Positions 25,471 to 37,057 of a DNA stretch of 63,667 bases are shown here, piece by piece. Numbering within the stretch: the first letter of the stretch is position 1; every line of letters starts with the position of its first letter. Under the pieces are notes generated by a model, which was not told where the DNA came from, did no database searches, and saw only the letters and a list, made by a program, of their open reading frames with translations. The position numbers and the translations under genes are program-made. Source of the DNA: Octopus bimaculoides (lineage: Eukaryota); assembly GCF_001194135.2 (NCBI RefSeq), contig NC_068989.1, positions 63,278,595 through 63,342,261 on the forward strand, written 5' to 3'.

Positions 25471-27029
25471 CTGCGTCATTTTTTCACTCCCAAAAATTCC
25501 TAATAGCGAATAAAATCCTTAAAACTACACAAGTAAACAGTTTCTCCCTAATAAAATCTAATTTCCTCTTTCTAATACAAATCCTTTCAACTCCTACTTT
25601 CTCTTAATGAGCCTTTACGAAAAATCCAACAACAAATACAAAAATAAAGGAAGGAGAAAAAGAAAACTATTTCAGTATCAAATCACATTTCGATTCTGTA
25701 ATGACAGATCTAAAAGTACATACAAAATTTCTTTGCCCCTCTAAAATTAACTATTTCTATTCCTCTTACACATCGTTTCAATTGCTACTTTCTCTTATGA
25801 ACGTTTACGAATGATCCAAGAAAAAAGACAAAGAAATGAAGGAGAGTGAGAGTCAAATAAACAGACACACTGNNNNNNNNNNNNNNNNNNNNNNNNNNNN
25901 NNNNNNNNNNNNNNNNNNNNNNNNNNNNNNNNNNNNNNNNNNNNNNNNNNNNNNNNNNNNNNNNNNNNNNNNNNNNNNNNNNNNNNNNNNNNNNNNNNNN
26001 NNNNNNNNNNNNNNNNNNNNNNNNNNNNNNNNNNNNNNNNNNNNNNNNNNNNNNNNNNNNNNNNNNNNNNNNNNNNNNNNNNNNNNNNNNNNNNNNNNNN
26101 NNNNNNNNNNNNNNNNNNNNNNNNNNNNNNNNNNNNNNNNNNNNNNNNNNNNNNNNNNNNNNNNNNNNNNNNNNNNNNNNNNNNNNNNNNNNNNNNNNNN
26201 NNNNNNNNNNNNNNNNNNNNNNNNNNNNNNNNNNNNNNNNNNNNNNNNNNNNNNNNNNNNNNNNNNNNNNNNNNNNNNNNNNNNNNNNNNNNNNNNNNNN
26301 NNNNNNNNNNNNNNNNNNNNNNNNNNNNNNNNNNNNNNNNNNNNNNNNNNNNNNNNNNNNNNNNNNNNNNNNNNNNNNNNNNNNNNNNNNNNNNNNNNNN
26401 NNNNNNNNNNNNNNNNNNNNNNNNNNNNNNNNNNNNNNNNNNNNNNNNNNNNNNNNNNNNNNNNNNNNNNNNNNNNNNNNNNNNNNNNNNNNNNNNNNNN
26501 NNNNNNNNNNNNNNNNNNNNNNNNNNNNNNNNNNNNNNNNNNNNNNNNNNNNNNNNNNNNNNNNNNNNNNNNNNNNNNNNNNNNNNNNNNNNNNNNNNNN
26601 NNNNNNNNNNNNNNNNNNNNNNNNNNNNNNNNNNNNNNNNNNNNNNNNNNNNNNNNNNNNNNNNNNNNNNNNNNNNNNNNNNNNNNNNNNNNNNNNNNNN
26701 NNNNNNNNNNNNNNNNNNNNNNNNNNNNNNATACATACAAATATCTGTCATTCTCTTCCAAATACGATCGACAGTCAAACATGTATTCCTTACAAACTGA
26801 TTTTTTTTAATATCTTTCTTGAAACGCATTTACTTACTACCATATATAGACACAGAATACACATTAATACACACATACATACAAATACCTGTCATTTTTT
26901 TTTAGTGTGTGTGTGTGTTGCCCATCTTAATATATAATGCTGAAGTTCTGTACTTACTAACATTTTTTTTATTTAGTGTGTATGTGTGTGTGTGTTGCCC
27001 ATATATATATGCATTTAAGACTTAATTGT

Positions 27030-27251
27030 GGGTTGGGAGTTTGATCTGCAGAGGTCATTATTATTATTATTCAGATTAACATCCGCATGATTTTCATTAG
27101 GGTGTTAGGGTTACGGTTTTTGGGTCAGGGTTACGGTTTTAGGGTTACGATGAGGGTTAGTCTTACAGTTACGGTTATAGGGTTAGGGTTACGTAATCGT
27201 GCGGGTGTTAATCTGAAAAATCACCGAAATGTGAAAACTACCGACCCTCCC
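27030..27251. mobile_element. MITE-like element with inverted arms around a TTAGGG-variant core
   Basis: Arms 27070-27092 and 27195-27217 are reverse complements at 21/23 positions, with weaker pairing outward. The core consists of degenerate TTAGGG/TTACGG units. Confidence 0.6.
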
Positions 27252-28104
27252 ATCTGTTATAACTTTTGTTGTTCTGTTTAATATGTACATAGATTATGCC
27301 TCCGTTTAAAAAGACAGCAACAGACTGCAGCAATTCACCACATTCCAGAAGTTACTTTGAACATAATGCAAAACGGTTCATCATCATCTACTGCCCAATC
27401 TGATAGAATTCTGGCAGAACTGTGTAGCAACAGATCGCCAGCAATTGCTTCATCANNNNNNNNNNNNNNNNNNNNNNNNNNNNNNNNNNNNNNNNNNNNN
27501 NNNNNNNNNNNNNNNNNNNNNNNNNNNNNNNNNNNNNNNNNNNNNNNNNNNNNNNNNNNNNNNNNNNNNNNNNNNNNNNNNNNNNNNNNNNNNNNNNNNN
27601 NNNNNNNNNNNNNNNNNNNNNNNNNNNNNNNNNNNNNNNNNNNNNNNNNNNNNNNNNNNNNNNNNNNNNNNNNNNNNNNNNNNNNNNNNNNNNNNNNNNN
27701 NNNNNNNNNNNNNNNNNNNNNNNNNNNNNNNNNNNNNNNNNNNNNNNNNNNNNNNNNNNNNNNNNNNNNNNNNNNNNNNNNNNNNNNNNNNNNNNNNNNN
27801 NNNNNNNNNNNNNNNNNNNNNNNNNNNNNNNNNNNNNNNNNNNNNNNNNNNNNNNNNNNNNNNNNNNNNNNNNNNNNNNNNNNNNNNNNNNNNNNNNNNN
27901 NNNNNNNNNNNNNNNNNNNNNNNNNNNNNNNNNNNNNNNNNNNNNNNNNNNNNNNNNNNNNNNNNNNNNNNNNNNNNNNNNNNNNNNNNNNNNNNNNNNN
28001 NNNNNNNNNNNNNNNNNNNNNNNNNNNNNNNNNNNNNNNNNNNNNNNNNNTATATATAAACAAACTTTATAAGCGCCGAGTATTTTGGTATTTTGCAGAA
28101 AATA

Positions 28105-28966
28105 GGTGGTCAGATCAATAATTATCTGAACGTCTGACATAGTAAGGAAGCTAAACCACGCAAAGTAACTCTGCTTGGCACAGATGGATTTTGAACGCTG
28201 TTGTGCATGTGCAAAAAGTCTTAACGTTCTAGCAAACTTCCACTGTTTATAGCAATGCATAGAATTAAGGGATGTAGCATGTGATCGTCATACTCACCAT
28301 GGCAGAGAAAGTCGTCATGGCGACACCTGTTGAGAGGCCTATGCAATGTTCCAGAAAGTGTATGGGGTGGAATGTATGAGCCGCACCCAAGTGGACGAGT
28401 GGTTCAGATGCTTCCAAGATGACGGAAAAAATGTCGATAGTGACGAACATTCTCGGAGACTCGCAACCAGCAGAACTGAGAAAAACATCGAGGCTGCGAT
28501 GGGAAATCGTCAAATCACTATACGTGAGTTATCAGAGGATGTGCATATTAGTTACGGTTTAGTTCAGTCCATTATCACTCAAGATTTGGGTATGAGACGT
28601 TTGTCTACCAAGTTTGGGTCAAAGACACTCGGGTTTCAGTTGCACAAGGTGTCCTTGATTGTGTTGAAAACGTTGAAAAGTTTTTGAAAAGTTTGCGTAG
28701 GCCTCTGAGCAAGTATCGCCAATATTTTTGGCAAAATTTGATGCGGCTTCTTTGCTCAACTTTCTTTGTCATGGTCAATCTGACTATCACATTTTACACA
28801 CGTTATTTCCTAGAACTGCTGTAAATAGCAGAAGTGAGCGAGAACGTTAAAACTCAGTGCGCATGCACAACAGAGTTCAATGTCAATCTGTACGAAGCTG
28901 TTTTACATTGCATGCTTTCGATCTGTTACTACGGCAGCAGTCCGGATACTTATTGATCAGATCGCG
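28105..28966. mobile_element. Rearranged mariner: two 5' ends in inverted orientation, TA at both outer edges
   Basis: Plus strand MFQKVYG..EWFRCF..RQITIRELSEDVHISYGLVQSIITQDLGMRRLSTKF. Minus strand MTKKVEQRSRIKFCQK with its own TIR (GCGATCTGATCAATAAGTATCCGGA) matching the left end (GTGGTCAGATCAATAATTATCTGAA). Confidence 0.8.
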
Positions 28967-28991
28967 TACAGCAAATTTCAAATAGAATATA

Positions 28992-29228
28992 GTTGTGACG
29001 ACAGCCAAGTGAGATTGGGTGTTTTACCTTAGAAGATAAAAGTTGATAGCTGATGGGTACGGAGAATCGAAACCCTCTCAGATACCACCTGAGTTCCCCG
29101 CACCACTAAGCTGAGTGAACTATTTAATGAACACAAGGCACACAGCCGTTATCAGAGAGCCGATTGCTGGTGTCATTTTTCTTTCTTCTAAGGGTAAATA
29201 CCCAATTTTTGTCGGCTGTTTTCACAGT
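28992..29228. mobile_element. TA-flanked MITE, about 237 bp, with about 50-bp imperfect TIRs
   Basis: Left GTTGTGACGACAGCCAAGTGAGATTGGGTGTTTTACCTTAGAAGA versus right reverse complement ACTGTGAAAACAGCCGACAAAAATTGGGTATTTACCCTTAGAAGA; TA on both sides. Confidence 0.7.
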
Positions 29229-29323
29229 TATACTACGTTGGAAATGCTATTTCTTGAATGTAAAAGATATATACATTTTGACTGTATATACGTACACACA
29301 TATATTCACATATGCTATTTATG

Positions 29324-29384
<61 letters not shown>

Positions 29385-29394
29385 NNNNNNNNNN

Positions 29395-29434
<40 letters not shown>

Positions 29435-29469
29435 ATATATATATATGTATATATATATATACACGCGCA

Positions 29470-29949
29470 CCCTGTGGTTATTCAGACTTCGCGAGCAATT
29501 TCCTGGAGTGTTACACGACAATCTTCCATGACTAGTCACCTAGCCTTCTCAATCGGGACCTCATTTCGGCTTGTGGATGACCTGCTTGGGAGAGCGTTAC
29601 TGTTAACTGAGGTGCGAACCTGTTTCAAGCAGTTATACTACTGCTTTGTCGGAGTTTTGGCTATTACATCATCGGCTGATAAATGTTTTGGATCGTTTGA
29701 GCTTGAGTATCATCCAGTCTTGGTGCAATGTGTCTGCTCGATGCGTTCGGTGAAAACGAAAATCCGATGAGCTTGCGCTACATGTCTGTACTTTACACGT
29801 AATACCCGGGAAATGAAGCTGACTACTGACTGAGAAATTATCGCGCATGTTCAGGAAGTGTGACTTTACCCCTCACCCAAAGGATGTTTTACACACCGCT
29901 TCAGTTTATGCGGAACATAATGAGTCACATAGTTTTTGAACGTACGCTG
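29470..29949 (-). mobile_element. mariner 5' relic
   Basis: TA|CAGCGTACGTTCAAAAACT terminus; KQVRTSVNSNALPSRSSTSRNE..IEKAR*LVMEDCRVTLQEIAREV. Confidence 0.75.
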
Positions 29950-29956
29950 TATACGG

Positions 29957-29967
29957 ATAGACAGACG

Positions 29968-30055
<88 letters not shown>
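29957..30055. repeat. (GATA)n microsatellite
   Basis: Directly visible. Confidence 0.95.
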
Positions 30056-30056
<1 letters not shown>

Positions 30057-30307
30057 GTGTGTGTATATGTGTGTGTGTGTGAGAGAGATAGAGATAGGGA
30101 GAGAGAGAGACTTAGCTGGGGAAAGTGGATGCATGAGCGTGATCGTGCGTTTAAATACAATGAACAATAAAAGGACTTCAATCGTGCGACATCACATAGT
30201 AAATAGACTATTAACGTTTTAATGTAAGACATAACGTTCTAGGAGCTAGTCTTTCGTCAGAAGCAAAAAGAAGCCAGGGAAGGAAAGAGAAAGTGGAAGT
30301 GAGAGAT

Positions 30308-30371
<64 letters not shown>

Positions 30372-30474
30372 GGCGAGAACTAATCACCTAAAAATAGGTG
30401 AGAATGTCATGCTATGGACGGGTGAGGCACCCAAACGGGTGGAATATAAACAGATAATAATATAAGACCCTATG

Positions 30475-30630
30475 AAAGGTGGCGAACTGGCAGAAGTGCT
30501 TCGATGGCGGGTAAAATGATTGGCAACATTTTTGCCCGTCCTTACGTTCCGAGTTCAAAGCTGCCAGGGTCGCCTTTACATTTCATCCTTCAGGTATTGA
30601 TCGAATAACTACCAGTTGAGCACTGGGATT
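30475..30630 (+). mobile_element. SINE, AGCTGGCAG-head family, diverged
   Basis: GGTGGCGAACTGGCAGAA..TACGTTCCGAGTTCAAA..TTTCATCCTTCAGG..TACCAGTTGAGCACTGGG. Confidence 0.75.
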
Positions 30631-30710
30631 TTGATTTTATGATGCATTTATGTACATACATTTTCATCCTGTTGAAATGTAAAGCACATATTCTCGTACA
30701 CATTCCTATA

Positions 30711-30775
<65 letters not shown>

Positions 30776-30821
30776 NNNNNNNNNNNNNNNNNNNNNNNNN
30801 NNNNNNNNACTTTTAATCTTC

Positions 30822-31190
30822 TGATTGCAGCCATACTGCAGCCCTGCGTCGGAGGGATTTAATCGAGCAAATCGACGTCAGGAATTATTTAATCTATCGG
30901 TATCTTTTAGTAAATTACGGAACGTAAACACACCAACACCGACAAGGGACAAACACAGTGACAAGGGACAAACACAGACAGAGACACAGACACACACATG
31001 CAAACACACACACAAACACACACACACACACATACACACATACGACGGACTTCTGGCAGTTTTCATCTACCAAATACAATTACAAAACTTTTGTTGTTCC
31101 GAGACTCTAGGAGTAGACACCTTCCCAAGGTCCCACATCAGTTGGACTGAAACCGAAACCATATGGTTGGGAAACAAGCTTCTTGACAGA
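30822..31190 (-). mobile_element. CORE-type SINE with internal CA microsatellite
   Basis: Reverse complement reads AAGAAGCTTGTTTCCCAACCATATGG..GGACCTTGGGAAGGTGTC..TTTGGTAGATGAAAACTG..GTCCGTCGTATGTGTG; same family as 55911-56333. Confidence 0.75.
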
Positions 31191-31440
31191 TAATTTGTTT
31201 AAGTCATTAGACTACGGCCATGCTGCGAAATCACTTTAAACAATTCTAGTCGAATGACTCGACTCTAGTAATTATTTTTTAAGCCTTAGTACTTAATTTA
31301 TCGGTCCCTTTTTACTAAAATGCTAAATAAACACAAAAAAACCGGCTGTCAAGCGGTAGTGGGAAACAAACACAGGCACAATGACAAAGAAACACAGAGA
31401 CACATACAAATATGCACACACCCATACAGACACACATTTA

Positions 31441-32315
31441 CGAGTAGGTACCGAAAAATTACCTGAAACGCTCTGTGGGACAAGCCGATTGTAGTTCACG
31501 CTTCCACCTCCAGAAACCACTTGAGGTGACACTCAGGAATCAGCCTGCCTACCAGTGTCTTCATTTTCAGTCGTATATGGTGTGTCTTCGTTTCCCTTGT
31601 TCGTCGATTTTTTGAGATAGCTTAAACGAAGGATTTGGGTGCTTCAGCGAAATTCTATTTACTGCTGGGGAAAAACGGCGGCCGAAACAGCTGCCATGCT
31701 TCAAACAGCTTATAAAGACGCTGTCATGAACAAAATACAAGATTACGAGTGATTTTCTCGCTTTAGGACTGGTCATTTGTCGCTTTGGATGACAGTTGAC
31801 CTCCGGAACGAATGAAAACGTCATGAAAATACATCAACTGATGCTGGAGGACCATTGCCTATCATTTGACGAGCTTGTTGATATAACTAGTGTGACCAGG
31901 AGCTGCTGCCTACGAATTTAAAACAAGGAATTGCGAATGAAAAGAGCTGCAGCAAAATCTGTTGATATGGAAGATCAAAAGTTGTCACTGAATGAGTGTC
32001 GTGAAATAAAAGAACAGCTGGAACTTGATCTGGACCTTTTTCCGAAAATCATCACTGGTGGCGAAAGGTGTTGTAACATCTACGACTAGAAAATGAAGCA
32101 GGAACCAAGGTAATGGAAGCATTCAATATCACCACATCTCCAAAAATCGCGAAAGAGTTTGTTCTTCTTGGTCAAATGTTTAACCGGATATTTTACTTTG
32201 GCAGTTCTGAAGTATTTGCGAAATTTGGTGTGACGAAAATGGCCCGACCTGTGAAGAAGTGGAGAGTAGTAGTTTCATAACAATAATGTACGTGCGCATA
32301 TCGCCTTCAGTGTGG
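31441..32315 (+). mobile_element. mariner relic
   Basis: TA|CGAGTAGGTACCG terminus; LLGKTAAETAAMLQTAYKD; ELRMKRAAAKSV; DLFPKIITGGE; FHNNNVRAHIA (cf. HDNAPAH). Confidence 0.8.
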
Positions 32316-32802
32316 GTGTGTGTATGTGTGTCTGTGTTTCTTTGTCATTTTGCCTGTATATGTTTTCCACTAACGCTTGACATCCGATTCTTCCCTAATT
32401 GTCCCTTGTGCATATAGTCGAACTTACCAAATCCCACATGAATTAGTAACATATTAATGGAAGCAGTAATACAGGAGCTGGGTCTATAATCGGTATTTCT
32501 TGTAGAAATGTCTGGTGCACATTTGCTAAAATCCCCCGAAGCGACATCAAATGAAATGGACACGTAACTAACCAGCTATATACATTAGCAAATATGAGGC
32601 ACCTGGAATACAGAAACGGCGTTCATATTTGGAATGAATTTCATGATAATTACTACCCATCTGTGCATACCAAGGACTAAGTAACAAGCATACGAAAGCC
32701 AATATTGACTTTATGATGTATTTATATATAATAGTATAAGAAAAATACGAATCTTTTGAATGACCTCGCCTTCAAATATGCTTGAAAATATATACAGATC
32801 TT

Positions 32803-33057
32803 AAGGTAGCGAGATGGCAGACATGTTAACACACGGTTTAAAATGTTTCAACATTTCGTTCGTCATTACGTTCTGAGTTCAAACATTGCCGAGATCACTT
32901 TGTCTTTCTTCCTTTCGGGATCGATAAAAGAAGTATTTGTTAAACACTGGCGTCATTGTAATATACTAGTCCCCTCTTGCCGAGGTCGACTTTACCTTTC
33001 GGGGTCGATAAATTATGTACTCACTCACGCGAATTTGCTGGCCTTGTGCCTTTATAT
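32803..33057 (+). mobile_element. SINE, AGCTGGCAG-head family, with duplicated central block
   Basis: Central GCCGAG.TC.ACTTT..CTTTCGGG.TCGATAAA block occurs twice (about 32888 and 32979); tail AATTTGCTGGCCTTGTGCC. Confidence 0.75.
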
Positions 33058-33522
33058 CAGTATATACAGTTCTTGTTACAGATCTAAAAGTTTACGAACT
33101 AATAAGAAAAGTTTAAACGGCTGATGGTAAGAGTTTTGTTGACAAAGTTAAAAATATTGTTTATGTTACCATATAACTACGAACAAGTAAATAGTGGAAG
33201 TAGCATAAAAGTTTGATGCGACTTCTAAGTAAACTTTGAGAAGGTTAGGTCTATCTTAACAGCTTAACTTTAATGATATGCTCTCGCAGAAATAGATACT
33301 TGTAGAATATATATTTACCCAAAGGAAACATTGACTTTCACCGATACACAAATATAAACGCTCTTATCATCACTTCACCGTAACAAGGTACAGTAATATA
33401 TGTACAGCTATCGTCTTTCTTTCAGACACAAGAAGTGTATGGTCGGAAAACGTAACATAGAAGATGTGCCTAGATATAGTTAAAACATTCTGTATATACA
33501 CACACCGACATATATATGTATA

Positions 33523-33559
<37 letters not shown>

Positions 33560-34190
33560 NNNNNNNNNNNNNNNNNNNNNNNNNNNNNNNNNNNNNNNNN
33601 NNNNNNNNNNNNNNNNNNNNNNNNNNNNNNNNNNNNNNNNNNNNNNNNNNNNNNNNNNNNNNNNNNNNNNNNNNNNNNNNNNNNNNNNNNNNNNNNNNNN
33701 NNNNNNNNNNNNNNNNNNNNNNNNNNNNNNNNNNNNNNNNNNNNNNNNNNNNNNNNNNNNNNNNNNNNNNNNNNNNNNNNNNNNNNNNNNNNNNNNNNNN
33801 NNNNNNNNNNNNNNNNNNNNNNNNNNNNNNNNNNNNNNNNNNNNNNNNNNNNNNNNNNNNNNNNNNNNNNNNNNNNNNNNNNNNNNNNNNNNNNNNNNNN
33901 NNNNNNNNNNNNNNNNNNNNNNNNNNNNNNNNNNNNNNNNNNNNNNNNNNNNNNNNNNNNNNNNNNNNNNNNNNNNNNNNNNNNNNNNNNNNNNNNNNNN
34001 NNNNNNNNNNNNNNNNNNNNNNNNNNNNNNNNNNNNNNNNNNNNNNNNNNNNNNNNNNNNNNNNNNNNNNNNNNNNNNNNNNNNNNNNNNNNNNNNNNNN
34101 NNNNNNNNNNNNNNNNNNNNNNNNNNNNNNNNNNNNNNNNNNNNNNNNNNNNNNNNNNNNNNNNNNNNNNNNNNNNNNNNNNNNNNNNNN

Positions 34191-34223
<33 letters not shown>

Positions 34224-34271
34224 TATATAAATATTTATGTGCGTATGCATGCACATATGTATGTATGTATG

Positions 34272-34304
<33 letters not shown>

Positions 34305-34907
34305 GCTTATCTATGTCTATACTATATGTGCGTAGAGAGATTCCAAAATGAACATAGCTATTTTTCATATTTTTCAAATAATTATGTCTCTATAATTTTC
34401 TAGAGATATGAAATGATGCTCAAAGTTTCCACATCAAATATCTTCAGACAAAATAACGAGGTTGTTTCGAATAATTCATGGGGCGGGAGGGAACGCATAA
34501 GGGCGTTGTAAAAGCAAATTATTTGTATTCGTGTCAAAAGGAAGAGCTCGAATATATTTGAGAAATTATTTAAATTTCCTTTAATAAGGTGGTGTTAAGT
34601 TGCACAAAACAAAATTATAGTGCAATATGAAGTTAGATATATCTGAAAGTATAGAATGCAAGTGCTCTTACTGAAGCAATTATTATAGAAGTAGATTAAA
34701 ACATGAGCAGATTTGAAATCTGTCTGATAACACATTAATATACTGAAATATCTACTTACAGCATACGTAAACAAACATATAAGTGTACATACATATATAC
34801 ACTCATACATATATACATACATACATGTGTGAGTGCGTGTGTGTACATATACAAATATATGTATACACACACACACATGCATATGCCTATATATATACAA
34901 AAAAATA

Positions 34908-35135
34908 GGACAAGAACGCAAAACATCCAGACAGATGATACAAAAGAAAAGGACAAGAAAAAATATTGACGGCTCATTCATAGTTTTGTTTCCTCAGTCG
35001 ACTTACAGATTTACTTAGCAATTTCGGCTGGTTATACTCGAGATTCCTCCAATCTGGCCAGCCCCAAAGAAATACTAAGCTAAGAGCACTAGAATCCTTG
35101 AAAGAAAGCAGCGAATGTATACCAAAACAAGGACA
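34908..35135. repeat. Dispersed repeat, copy 1 (possible Penelope terminal-repeat derivative)
   Basis: High similarity to 35691-35956, e.g. GCAATTTCGGCTGGTTATACTCGAGATT..GAAATACTAAGCTAAGAGCACTAGA. The Penelope assignment is inference. Confidence 0.8.
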
Positions 35136-35690
35136 GAAAAAAAAACAGAGAAATGGTACGCAAATACAAATGCAAATAACAGGACATAGCAAATGGTGTC
35201 TTTCGACTAAGGACGAATTAAATTAAGCTGGCGTGTGTGGTACTGAAGCCTTACGGCAGGGACATAAGAGATGGCAAGCATGGTGAGGAATATAGATGTT
35301 GCACCGATGGTAGTCGAACCAAGAAAGAAACGTCAGGCTTGGCCGAACACTGGTCACGTGGAGAGAGAGGACAGAGCGAGAGGCAGAAGGACAGAAGAAT
35401 TAGGGAGGGACGATTAAAGAATGAATGGGACAGATTGAAGTGAAAGAGGAGGGAAGGCGAGAATGAAGAGAAAGCCAGGAAATGTGAGAGTGGGGAAACG
35501 AAGAAAGAATGAAAGAATAATAGAATCGTACAAAATTTATATATNNNNNNNNNNNNNNNNNNNNNNNNNNNNNNNNNNNNNNNNNNNNNNNNNNNNNNNN
35601 NNNTATATATATAAATATCTGCATATTGCATATAAGAGACCAAAGTGTGCGTACTCCGCAATATGTATATAAAAAGGAGTGCAAAAAGGA

Positions 35691-35956
35691 GACAAGAACG
35701 CAAAACATCCAGACAGCTAGATGATACAAAAAAGGGGCAACAAGACATCCAGACAGATGATACAAAGAAAGGACAAGAAAAAAACGCGAACGAGTCATTC
35801 GAAGTTGTCTTTCCTCAGTCGAGTTCCAGATTTTCTGTGCAATTTCGGCTGGTTATACTCGAGATTACTTCAATCTGGCCAGCCCCAAGGAAATACTAAG
35901 CTAAGAGCACTAGATTCCTTGGAAGAAAGCAGCGAGCGTATAAAAAAACAAGGACA
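35691..35956. repeat. Dispersed repeat, copy 2, with internal duplication of CAAGACATCCAGACAGATGATAC
   Basis: Direct comparison with 34908-35135. Confidence 0.8.
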
Positions 35957-36618
35957 TACATTGACGTGTTTGTGTGTGTGTGTTTGTGTGTTTGCTATGT
36001 ATGTATGTATGCATGCAGTGATTTTTGCATTTGTAGTTAGGAGGTTTGCTTCCCAAACAGAAGATGTAGAGCTGTGCATCATTGTACAACAGCTTGGTAA
36101 AATTTCTAGTCAGTAACCTAAGTCGTGGTGTATTACAGTAAATATAAGAAGGGAAAAGAACTGAAGTATTTATGAAATGAAATATGAGAATAGTCTACCG
36201 GTTTCCCTTGTTTAGCTAATCATGACTGAAGCGTTACTGACAATGCTATAATTCCACGCTATGTTAGTCGTTGTCCTTCGATGTTAGTGTGGGATACAAT
36301 ATTTTATAACTAAACAGGTAAATATAAATTAGGGGAGGAAATTAATGATTGTACTTAGAAGCAGGGGTAATTAATATTTAGGGCATGTAAAGAGAATTAA
36401 ACATATGTGGAATGAAATTGCATTGTTTTATTGGATTGTAACAGAAATCAAACATGATTATATGTCAAATAACTGTTTCTGCCATCATTAGCCAAGGAAG
36501 CAAAACCGGTCGACTTTGTAAATATTTAACTTCCTCCATACTTCAGTGCATTTTTCATTTTATTTATTTTTATTATATATAAATGTGTGTGTGTGTATAC
36601 ATGCATATACGTAAGTTT

Positions 36619-36649
<31 letters not shown>

Positions 36650-36779
36650 TATATTTACGTAGATGTGTATGTCTGTAGTTATATATATTCATATACATAC
36701 ATATGTATGTGTATATATGTATATATATATATGTATATGTATATATATTTATACATGTATATATAATTGTAGATATATA

Positions 36780-36845
36780 TAGCTTAGTTGGGAGAGCGTT
36801 AGACTGAAGATCTAAAGGTCCACGGTTCAATCCCGGGTTTCGGCA
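36780..36845 (+). tRNA. tRNA-Phe(GAA), 5'-truncated, probably a pseudogene
   Basis: TAGCTTAGTTGGGAGAGCGTTAGACTGAAGATCTAAAGGTCCACGGTTCAATCCCGGGTTTCGGCA matches positions 8-73 of the canonical eukaryotic tRNA-Phe with few substitutions; anticodon GAA at 36806-36808. The 5' acceptor strand GCCGAAA is replaced by (AT)n. Confidence 0.9.
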
Positions 36846-36865
36846 TCGGGAGGCTGCCACGAAAC

Positions 36866-36935
36866 ATTTTAAAGGCGGTGCTCCAGCATGGCCGCAGTCA
36901 AATGACTGAAACAAGTAAAAGAGAGAGTAAAAGAG
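36866..36935 (+). mobile_element. 3' tail of the CORE-type SINE family, directly downstream of the tRNA-Phe
   Basis: AAGGCGGTGCTCCAGCATGGCCGCAGTCAAATGACTGAAACAAGTAAAAGAG matches the tail at 56285-56330. Confidence 0.85.
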
Positions 36936-37021
36936 AATATATATATATATATATATATTTAATTAGAAATATTGCTTTTCTAAATCTCTGAGAGAGACTT
37001 ATACAGTAGTAGCACGATAAA

Positions 37022-37057
<36 letters not shown>

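Noticed and set aside
27300-27455. Short frames open on both strands next to a gap
   Set aside because: Truncated by Ns, with no motif or splice support.
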